A stretch of 32,000 nucleotides of DNA from Promethearchaeum syntrophicum (GTDB taxonomy: Archaea; Asgardarchaeota; Lokiarchaeia; Sigyniarchaeales; Promethearchaeaceae), in NCBI RefSeq assembly GCF_008000775.2, contig NZ_CP042905.2:360001-392000 (forward strand), written 5' to 3'. A program made the translations under genes and the position numbers. Below, piece after piece: positions 26,701-32,000 of this stretch. Each line of letters begins with the position of its first letter. The stretch's first letter is position 1. The notes beneath the pieces are model-generated. The model did no database searches. It was given only the letters and a program-made list of their open reading frames with translations, and had not been told where the DNA came from.

Positions 26701-29533
26701 AAATAAGTATATGCAAAAAAATGAAGTTTGGAAAGATAAAAATTATGTTTTTATTGGAAATTCTGAATTAGGAATAGTTTTTAAAGCCTTATCTGTAATT
26801 TTTCTCAATTTATCTTTATTTTATCATCTTTGGTATGTATTTGATATATATTCAAGCTTAATCATTGCAGAATTTGGACCAATTCTTCTTAATTTGACAT
26901 TAAATCTATTTATTCTTTATAGTTTTATTAGAAAAAACCAATTTTCAAGAAAATGGCAATTTTTAACTTCAATTGCTCTATCGGTTGCTGTTTCTGGAGT
27001 GATTGAAGAATATTTAAGAGTTTTTTCAAATATTAGCCCATTAATGAGTGTTGCAATAATTTTATCCATTATATGTATTTTAAACACAAATAAAATTAAT
27101 ATCACATCTTTAGTCTATAGCTATTGGACAACTATTTCTTTCTGTTTGGCTATTTTCTTATATTCCTTAACAGATTGGATGTGGGGAGGGTTTGGATTAT
27201 CATTCTCATCAGTATTATGGTTTAGTTTCTTATTTGGATTATTTAATACTCTTATATATTATCTTCTAGCACATAGAACTTTAATCAAATTGGAATTCTT
27301 TCAAAAATATTCTCCATATCTTAGAATAATTGAAGGTTTCGATTATGAAATCAAATCAATTGATAATGATGTAGATAAAAAAGATAGTCTCATTTCAAAG
27401 GATAAGCCAAGAACTAAATCAAAATCTGCGTTTTTACTTCTATTTGGACATGAAGATCAAATACAAGCAAAGCAAATTTTCTCAATTTGGTTATTTATTG
27501 AGCTAATAATTTTAAGTTTCTCCCTTGCACAAGGATGGGCTTTCGTTTATAATAATAATATCCTATATAATGTCATATCTGATGATAATTTCATTCAATA
27601 TTTAATTCAAGCTACATTAGTTATTCTCTTATTATCAATTGGATTGGCTATAATTTTCCAATATATTAGATCAAATAATTTATGGGTTGAAAATAAGGAA
27701 TTTAACAAGAACCTAATTTTTGCCTCGAATTTTAATGGAATTTGCTTATATTTTTCTCTCCCCCTTGCTAGTACGTTCTATATACATTATACATTGATGA
27801 ATTTATTTGGAAATACTCTTGTAATTGCATTGATCGATATTTTTGCCTTTACAATATTAGCTTTTATTTGTATTTATTTGATTGATATTAAGAAAACTAA
27901 AATAATCAAGGAGAAACTTGCAAATTCATTAACAATTGGAATAATAATTTTGCTTTCTGCAGACATAAGTTTTATATGGAGTTATTTCACCGAATTAATT
28001 CCAATAGGAATAATAATTTTTGTTTGTATTCCTTATGTATTTAAATTTTTAAACTTAGTCAAAGAAGATATTCTTGGAAAACTTCTTTTTATTTCCAATT
28101 TACTCATTTCAATAGCAATTATGGTTCAAATTGATATATTTTTATTTGGTGTATTTGATTGGATGATTGCGCTTGGATTATTATTCCTAGTTCTCCAAAT
28201 TTTTATTGAATTAGAAATTCGATTAAAATTTTTATCTCCTATTGAAAAATTAATTAAATTTCTAAGAAAAATTTCATGGTTCCTCTTATCTATATGTGTG
28301 AGTTCCTTAACTATATTTTATAATATAGAAGATTTTACAATAATTCGTTTAATTATTGGGATTTTAATTCTTACTTTAATGATGTTTTACGAGAATTATC
28401 TATTATTTAGTGAAGAGAAAATGCAATTAAAATATTCCAAAATAAAAGATATTCTAGGAATGTTTTGTTATATTGAGATCTTCTCACTTCTTTCTACAAT
28501 CATAATTCCACTCAATCTTGCTGTTGAAATAACTGAAACGAAACCAATTTTATTTATGAGGTTACTACTAGTAACAGAACTTTTCGTAATTATATTTATT
28601 CTTTGTCTAATTGATAAGATAAAACTACATTTCATTCCTGATAAGGTTATAAAACCCTTGGATTTAACCTTATTCTTAACTACGATAATTTTAGGAGCAG
28701 TTGACCTCACTTATTTTGCTGTCCTAAATATTGATTTATCTCCTTCAACTACTCCTGGTCCTGGAATTCCTATAGAACAAAAAATGATTCCACTTATATT
28801 CGTTTCTATAATTATTGGAATAGTTCTAATTATTAAATTTAAAAATCGCAAGATTAATCAAATTATTTATTTTGTTCTACTAATTGAGATATTTATATAC
28901 ATTTTGGGTCTCAATCAACCATTAATTCTTATCCCAACAACAATCATTGCGCTTTTACTTTATCCTTTCATATTCTTCCTAGAACAAATGGTCATCCTAT
29001 TGAAATTAATAGGAAAATGGATACTGAATTTAATGATTAAAATTAAAAATTTCTTTAGTTTCTTGTGGAATAAAATTGTTTCTTTTTATTATAAACACAA
29101 AAGATTAGTATTTAGCGTACTGGGTTTAATCCTTGCTGCTGTAAGTTTTATTGTTATTTTAAATTTAGCGATTGAACAAATATCGTTCGCAATTAACGGA
29201 TTTATAAGTGGATTAATCTTTTTGATAGTATATTATCCAGTCTCGCCAGAAAGAGAAGAAGATACTAAACCAAGAAATTTCGCATTAAAGATATTATATA
29301 GAACTTTAATAATGATTTGTTTAGTTGGGTCATCGAGTGCACTGATTCCCTCTGAAGCATGGATTTATACATTGTTTCTCTTAGCATTCTTTGGATATGT
29401 TATTTGGGTAGTTCGACGCAGCGAAGAACTTTATAATCTTCCTATATATTGGCGATTTATGAGTTCATTAGGGGCTATCATTGATTTTATTGTAACTGCA
29501 ATATTATTGATACTCTATTTAGATATAATTTAA
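17711..29533 (+). CDS. Giant polytopic membrane protein, 3940 aa, function unknown, with internal repeats
   Basis: One uninterrupted 3940-codon ORF, hydrophobic almost end to end, with only short charged loops. No enzymatic motif recognised. Confidence 0.88.
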   Translation: MNNSQEDSQKFLKVTNQLTDFAFILIFMIALPGIIGVIAGGIAMLFVEEAFLMGEFSLGTFLAGITFSLPIFYLLFLKTRKKKIWYEIIPISYNKELTIGILIIYVPTILTSLIFYLFSLMMNYSSFAFEFQFFILAIQPLESLFFCRFFKILFPISESVKKTGNIPEISAKLNKESLQKVIFKEFVIKIIFDIICLVLSNSILIIILTNVIGIILYFTTKDLIFKVGKLKTRLSEFKLILNLKFIGFLLIIQSLIQFWICIFEPNLNLGLYIIITALLTIKISFILLYQYSKHLFINFQIRVKWFIGFMINDIITIAINILGVIYIVVEGFNVEPFWVFSEWYLLGIFIVFLIENIIERHFHLSYKLLSTLFNMIQLIAIYAIIAFLLIDVELYLQILIFSVLSISIPIILHEIKAISKKTQIIIQNILYILIFYEIGIYFAVFTTENNLFITDSQIFNYLFFLSLSSLSSLYRLYFIKIRGFQTKFFSQLILIFLFISFFGIFQLIGGGLIGISVFLVEFFGDINSTFPIFFPTGLLSNSLENISSIYNQIGEIALDSTFIIKSTNGIASVLNIAVSGLLSLVGYNIIIHLHENFKVLSPYVLKFNQIFNRSLIGLLACIGILVMFQSISGIILCLMFITYFSVYIYDSIYEFREEIQKPLRKSKLQVKSILFIINAIVSLALFLFIGLEFLGLDFTLSFTIALIALYLYINLLPSINSILNRTYNEKKLLNLLNACILFLIGIFLNPSINFLLSSYISPDLELGILNWILISGLFISLFSFLSLKQLKSGNYVLGKIYEISNMLLQFFFWFMASGFIIFNTYKVLNYLLLIISINLLLLSVIFKINSILTFNNIYREVYLTWIYMMSITWELGFVTLISSFIIAFNYINLAFLIFLGLLILGILTYRNIKQYISIYPAKKEQIIKLLDFIHLFNLIVTIGIFQTFFSFFSSYPVFLPLSFMLTSILTSIVFHISKIVKKYLPDKIAIIIDVILLLTLSTSSIISVHSIFENYLNIQLIFDYSIIFSLGVVIIGLATLLLIAYYLEKRKIINTLTWNYINFVIIQLEILISFSFIMYSEFEWVINNLNSEWDQLSTPITYLILGGMILGLYLIYKSFLKLKYLNEHAKLTLLLLIQKNFTRIIGTIVISIFPIIFFNYELIGFSIAFFLITFVLVYSFKEFQNTFPANQKLNVYSDIILISNLLSILLLIYSISSHFIGLIITESLILSFITFWIFLYFLPILIKYIPARIKHVINAIFMPVFAVLVNISVYLEILKFEIDLLQDHTLISILIGLIPLFASILFALNQLQKGKYLKDKLHKKIHFLFNMGIYYDLYAIIVSVMLIYVIGSSNLNVYRILFHTSWPLLGLFFILKRIEMKNFYSEISHLKLILKTQILMFWGISTLGLLIIINYIFVFNPLVIAITIFIETFVLFYSILLFDEILPKLHKFLLIMKEILIYINLISISSVIYFTSNELLGLIPTFSFFIVLIIVSGLLFSIPVYKTGTIQKSLYEIISFLIFSSSILLAISINQMNFLPGTSPTYAYFGLLLIPILASFFSIFLFSKNTISKRIARKLYQKNEILLLINVAILIALLSNENGLNNFSLLISSLIVTALLVVDYYTIFLLTDKKTIILSFFSALLYNLVGITLAISLPLFETFDNPIFIFILVQLPFLFGIFYFVDWANRRIQSATNLKDLNKRPFSKLSNTKKNHINQSDEPLLIDNNEEPSNNPSKFAPTTIMNRFAQFISDKWIILEVCFIFITLGLNLYLGINILLISEEIFTPLQILLICSLIVSVITIYQPHSHKFLIYYIQTLVTLGLNYIIYDSTLFISEFQILFGIIAAILINRLATRHFPINNLIKYIQNFLLLGIYYFIIHIYGFTLSWELLISCILFSIFTSRSYKNLTFNSFKVWAFSYFTYDILINYLSQTEYPLIPIFAACAIGLTWQWIVFLKDSKWSNSIIKSLLGYIVTISWIFNYAYLFIIKNEIMGLISPPIMAFVVLLLLFLKKKIIIFQKEKFLDILILGGTFFFIYTLGRYYLFENYYFSVALALTLAGAICGFLFIFILEFLNAKIRKELSLAFFTCASLLAGVFTFLILMEPVIFTETAWEVALPIGFDIALLLFYIGIGIYKRSFTKIWSVGVYAWILAPIINFIMISRLIRGIDSVSSALEVFNVSIDGSIILSIIICTLMYLPIIITRLLENLNKIIYIFWLELLVFTTWGAVNLFPQSILLQIPFIFLIGLILFVPIFYYYKHWASLSLIWPLIAATNIAFVLNFVAFQPEWEIPIGILIGGFYILTLGYFPNIKKSKLASSLIIIFGYFTILTSIFWLLYTFVIIIFDDIIISVNITLIVISFVLLTGKYFKLRDYLIKIGHSLIVIINLAILLARTFYIIGNHEYKTFGIFLGIAFAFGTTLSFQARKYLPKILFELIWFGMAIFFGLSLFELGLTIFDIGGWASTGILVIVATLIYFPIIRSYLGSVFVLLVSGISMVIMELLILASPFVSMNQPLLFLDVLFTLELTYIYFSSKSKIGLLKDKTTNFEIASIIWVILSTLFSITFIFMINIYFPEEIFSKILIFLNTFALQNLLTTYSIRRNELFTRYRIIQKIIPIFHFLLIFTIYLSTSIFCAIKIPVNSIIEISEQNFAIETLYRFAILFLILFIEFYGIDRKIVKLVSNKIRYQLDWISFFAFSACLTFGLFLNIHIWEVSLLIWCILFFITIFLNQKAGNKIFPEILKIVNVLLINTAIFSYIWKINNITDSISNFEFDLLLLNIAFNIALIYLFMRLKIINRKAIKVIFSILSITIALFCEEISRIYLMKHLILNIAVFFFVFAILNTFNIKRAILIYFYWILLAFSISTFLMEFIPFLYHMTTINYIITLSFIFGLQLSLLFYLLANSSPNSNLENNDKKIGISIVHPILDSSEIAHKIFVTWMIIEAFIVSISIAQFWNYLFIDLMFSHKDFTGVEKFFLWISIIPIIFAFMFYHLNKYMQKNEVWKDKNYVFIGNSELGIVFKALSVIFLNLSLFYHLWYVFDIYSSLIIAEFGPILLNLTLNLFILYSFIRKNQFSRKWQFLTSIALSVAVSGVIEEYLRVFSNISPLMSVAIILSIICILNTNKINITSLVYSYWTTISFCLAIFLYSLTDWMWGGFGLSFSSVLWFSFLFGLFNTLIYYLLAHRTLIKLEFFQKYSPYLRIIEGFDYEIKSIDNDVDKKDSLISKDKPRTKSKSAFLLLFGHEDQIQAKQIFSIWLFIELIILSFSLAQGWAFVYNNNILYNVISDDNFIQYLIQATLVILLLSIGLAIIFQYIRSNNLWVENKEFNKNLIFASNFNGICLYFSLPLASTFYIHYTLMNLFGNTLVIALIDIFAFTILAFICIYLIDIKKTKIIKEKLANSLTIGIIILLSADISFIWSYFTELIPIGIIIFVCIPYVFKFLNLVKEDILGKLLFISNLLISIAIMVQIDIFLFGVFDWMIALGLLFLVLQIFIELEIRLKFLSPIEKLIKFLRKISWFLLSICVSSLTIFYNIEDFTIIRLIIGILILTLMMFYENYLLFSEEKMQLKYSKIKDILGMFCYIEIFSLLSTIIIPLNLAVEITETKPILFMRLLLVTELFVIIFILCLIDKIKLHFIPDKVIKPLDLTLFLTTIILGAVDLTYFAVLNIDLSPSTTPGPGIPIEQKMIPLIFVSIIIGIVLIIKFKNRKINQIIYFVLLIEIFIYILGLNQPLILIPTTIIALLLYPFIFFLEQMVILLKLIGKWILNLMIKIKNFFSFLWNKIVSFYYKHKRLVFSVLGLILAAVSFIVILNLAIEQISFAINGFISGLIFLIVYYPVSPEREEDTKPRNFALKILYRTLIMICLVGSSSALIPSEAWIYTLFLLAFFGYVIWVVRRSEELYNLPIYWRFMSSLGAIIDFIVTAILLILYLDII
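25160..28880 (+). repeat. At least four tandem, divergent ~320-aa protein-level repeats inside the giant ORF
   Basis: Anchor positions at nt 25559, 26525, 27476, 28451 (spacing 322, 317, 325 aa): QKIIPIFHFLLIFTIYLS / HKIFVTWMIIEAFIVSIS / KQIFSIWLFIELIILSFS / KDILGMFCYIEIFSLLST. Confidence 0.7.
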
Positions 29534-29557
29534 ATTAAGAAAAGTCGAATTCAAAAT

Positions 29558-31141
29558 ATGCAAATATTTCATGGTAAAATTATAACTTGCGATAAAAACG
29601 ATAATGTATTTAGCTATTTAGTTGAAAATGAGGGAAAAATTGATTATGTTGGAGATGAACTGCCCTCTCAATATTCAAATCATCCTCTTGTAGAATTAAA
29701 TGAAAAATCCTTAATCCCTTCTTTTGGGGATGGACATCTTCATTTTTCAAATTGGGCTTTATTTGCAGCTACCTACTTTGATGTCAGAGAAGCAACAAAT
29801 ATTCCCGAAATTGGAAAAATTATCACTGATTTTTTAGATAAAAATAAGAAATATAAAGTTATTATTGGTTTTGGGGTTTCTAAGCATAGTGTTGAAGAAA
29901 AAAGATTGATCACTAAACAGGAACTTGATCAATTTTGCCCAGATATCCCTATGGTTCTTGTTTGTTATGACGGCCATTCAATGGTAGCCAATAGTAAACT
30001 TTTAGATAAATACCCTGAAAGAATTCGGAAATTACGTGGTTTTAACGAAGATTCTGGTCAACTTTTTCACGAAGCTTTCCTTGAAGGACTTGATTATGCA
30101 ACAGCACTTGTTTCAACTTTGGTCCTTGTTAATAGTATTATCAAAGCTTATGATATAATCGCTGAATATGGAATAGGGATGGTTCATCCTGTTGAAAGTA
30201 TCGGGTTTCCAATGGATATGGATGTGACGTTGGTTAGTATAATTGCTAAGGCTAGAACAAAAAAAAATTCGTTTCAAACTAGACTTTTCTTCCAAACTAT
30301 GGAAGTAAATAAAGCCCTTAAAAGAAAATTACCACGAATTGGTGGATGTTTTGCAACTGCATTGGATGGATGTTTTGGAGCTTGCGATGCTGGTCTGAAT
30401 GAACCATATACGAACGATTTGAATAATAAAGGAATCTTATTTTATAAAGATGAAGATGTAATTAAATTTTGCAAAGAAGCGAATAGAGCGGGTTTACAAA
30501 TTGAAATGCATACTATTGGAGATGCAGCAACTCACCAGGGTATAATGGCTTTAGAAGAAGCTCTAAAAGATTACCCCAGAGAAGATCATCGACATACTAT
30601 TATCCATGCATGTTTAATTTCACAAGACAATCTAAAAAAATGTGCAAAATTAGGAATTGGAATTACTCTACAACCAGGATTTTTAATTAGTTCTTTAGAG
30701 CCCAAAGAATATTTAGAAAAAATCTTGGGCCCTCAACGAGTAAAAGAAAGTTCACCTTTACGGGATATAATTGATTTAGGAATACATCTTAGTAGTGGTT
30801 CCGATGCACCGGTTACTCATCCAGATCCAATCGTAGGAATGTACGGTGCATGTAATCATCCATTTGATCCGAATCAATCAGTGACTATTCAAGAAGCACT
30901 AAAAATGAATACTTATGAAATTGCATATACTACCTTTGATGAAAAAGAGCGCGGTAGTTTGGAACTGGGAAAAATTGCTGATTTGGTTATTCTTAATCGA
31001 AATCCTCTAGCTATGGATCCCAAAGATCTCCTTCAATTGAAAGTGGAACAATTATATCTTTCTGGAAAGAAATTTAAACCTGGAATGTCCATTTTAGGAA
31101 TGCTAGGCAAGGGTCTTTTTCAAAGCACTAAATTAATTTAA
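29558..31141 (+). CDS. Amidohydrolase family 3 (YtcJ-like) metal-dependent hydrolase
   Basis: SLIPSFGDGHLHF, GFGVSKHSVEEKRLITKQELDQF, ALDGCFGACDAGLNEPY, IEMHTIGDAATHQGIMAL, HRHTIIHACL, LSSGSDAPVTHPDPIVGMYGA. Confidence 0.9.
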   Translation: MQIFHGKIITCDKNDNVFSYLVENEGKIDYVGDELPSQYSNHPLVELNEKSLIPSFGDGHLHFSNWALFAATYFDVREATNIPEIGKIITDFLDKNKKYKVIIGFGVSKHSVEEKRLITKQELDQFCPDIPMVLVCYDGHSMVANSKLLDKYPERIRKLRGFNEDSGQLFHEAFLEGLDYATALVSTLVLVNSIIKAYDIIAEYGIGMVHPVESIGFPMDMDVTLVSIIAKARTKKNSFQTRLFFQTMEVNKALKRKLPRIGGCFATALDGCFGACDAGLNEPYTNDLNNKGILFYKDEDVIKFCKEANRAGLQIEMHTIGDAATHQGIMALEEALKDYPREDHRHTIIHACLISQDNLKKCAKLGIGITLQPGFLISSLEPKEYLEKILGPQRVKESSPLRDIIDLGIHLSSGSDAPVTHPDPIVGMYGACNHPFDPNQSVTIQEALKMNTYEIAYTTFDEKERGSLELGKIADLVILNRNPLAMDPKDLLQLKVEQLYLSGKKFKPGMSILGMLGKGLFQSTKLI

Positions 31142-31191
31142 TTTTTTTTCCAGATTTTTCCTTTATTGCCTATATATTTTTAATCTAAAAT

Positions 31192-31869
31192 TCAATTTTC
31201 AATTTCAAAAAGATCAAAAGCGTGAATTTCAAATGGAATTGGATTACCTAGGCGATTATATACTCCTAAAGAAGAGACATTATAGGGATTAGCCATAATA
31301 ATATTTACAGAAAATTTCCGAAAAGTATGTAAATCTGTAGAGCTTGGGTTATTATTCTTGTTCGGGTGAGAGTGACAAGATGCTACTAAAGTATTATCAT
31401 GTCTCATTCGATGTGGTAAAAAAATTGTTGATACTTCAGATGATTCTGAACCTGGAGCAATTATAAATTCCGCTAGAGAACCATTAATTACTCGCAATAA
31501 GCAGAAAGCTTCTTTTGGATGAAAATTTTTTGATAAATAGCTTATATCTTTAATAGTTTTATCTAAGAAATGAACTTTTAATCCAGCGATCATTTCAATA
31601 CTTTGTTTTAAAGCACCTATTACTAGGGATAATAATGGTGGATTAGACTTATCCCAATTTCGGAGAAGGGGAATAAATGCTTCGAAATCTCCCAAGATTC
31701 TTTGTATTTTTTTTGGGAGTGTCATTTTAGGTTTTTTTGGATATCGATTAAGGTTAATCGTTAACGATGCTTTGGGAAAGAGTGAAATCGTTAGGTTATT
31801 TGAGTCAATTATTGTAGTTTCCGGAAATTTTTCCAAGATTTTATCAATTTGATATTTTATTGTTAGCAT
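31192..31869 (-). CDS. JAMM/MPN (Mov34/PAD-1-like) metallopeptidase-like protein
   Basis: GSLAEFIIAPG plus SCHSHPNKNNNPSSTDLHTF, matching E...HxHP...PSxxD. ATG at 31869; the track's 31875 start is a TTG. Confidence 0.82.
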   Translation of the reverse strand: MLTIKYQIDKILEKFPETTIIDSNNLTISLFPKASLTINLNRYPKKPKMTLPKKIQRILGDFEAFIPLLRNWDKSNPPLLSLVIGALKQSIEMIAGLKVHFLDKTIKDISYLSKNFHPKEAFCLLRVINGSLAEFIIAPGSESSEVSTIFLPHRMRHDNTLVASCHSHPNKNNNPSSTDLHTFRKFSVNIIMANPYNVSSLGVYNRLGNPIPFEIHAFDLFEIEN

Positions 31870-31871
31870 TT

Positions 31872-32000
31872 TCAATCATCAACATTTCTGAGTTTTGTAT
31901 TAGTTAGGATTAGTTCTTGTAACCTTTTTTTAGTTCTACAAAAAGCGCAAGTTTCCATATAAGTCCCCATTCCACATATGATGCATTTTTTTTCAGCTTT
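31872..32000 (-). CDS. C-terminal fragment of a protein ending in a double-CxxC zinc ribbon (possibly an NcsA/TtuA-type PP-loop thiolase); 5' part beyond the window
   Basis: Reverse strand reads KAEKKCIICGMGTYMETCAFCRTKKRLQELILTNTKLRNVDD*, open to the window edge and not listed in the ORF track. Confidence 0.6.
   Translation of the reverse strand, partial: KAEKKCIICGMGTYMETCAFCRTKKRLQELILTNTKLRNVDD

Noticed and set aside
17162-29533. Multiple 60-107 aa ORFs antisense to or out of frame with the SPFH and giant genes (e.g. 17162-17485, 18244-18447, 22975-23202, 23860-24084, 24870-25082, 28468-28710)
   Set aside because: They lie fully or almost fully inside a strongly supported long ORF, have no start context or recognisable family, and are expected by chance.
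1-32000. CRISPR array or rRNA/tRNA genes
   Set aside because: No regularly spaced short direct repeats with unique spacers and no conserved rRNA or cloverleaf-like segments seen by eye. tRNAscan-SE and CRISPR finders should confirm.

Overview
AT-rich archaeal chromosomal window with about 20 supportable protein genes. No rRNA, tRNA, CRISPR array or intact transposon was recognised by eye. The archaeal assignment rests on the minus-strand order rpl21e - rpoF(Rpb4) - DUF655 - ksgA - HemK-like methyltransferase. An Asgard-type host is possible but only a guess. Other recognisable genes: the 3' end of a superfamily I helicase with a C-terminal MTES_1575-like nuclease domain, a divergent Nudix protein, a tRNA-binding-domain protein, an AdoCbl-dependent (class II) ribonucleotide reductase, a two-gene SufC-SufB/D cassette, an M42 peptidase, a GNAT acetyltransferase, a membrane-anchored transglutaminase-like protein, an NfeD/YqiJ-like protein with a very acidic linker next to an SPFH/flotillin-like protein, an uninterrupted 3940-codon polytopic membrane protein (17711-29533), a YtcJ-like amidohydrolase, and a JAMM/MPN protein next to the 3' end of a double-CxxC zinc-ribbon gene. 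The most unusual items are: (1) the giant membrane protein, whose C-terminal ~1500 residues contain at least four divergent repeats spaced 322/317/325 aa; (2) a ~210 bp duplication at constant offset 1166 bp, joining the GNAT gene 3' end and its downstream spacer (13833-14042) to a decayed GNAT tail and spacer (14999-15208), with a conserved 10-bp-periodic CATATGGTCY/CATATGATCY/CATAGG motif; and (3) the possible membrane-organisation cluster formed by transglutaminase, NfeD-like, flotillin-like and giant membrane protein. All alignments were made by eye.
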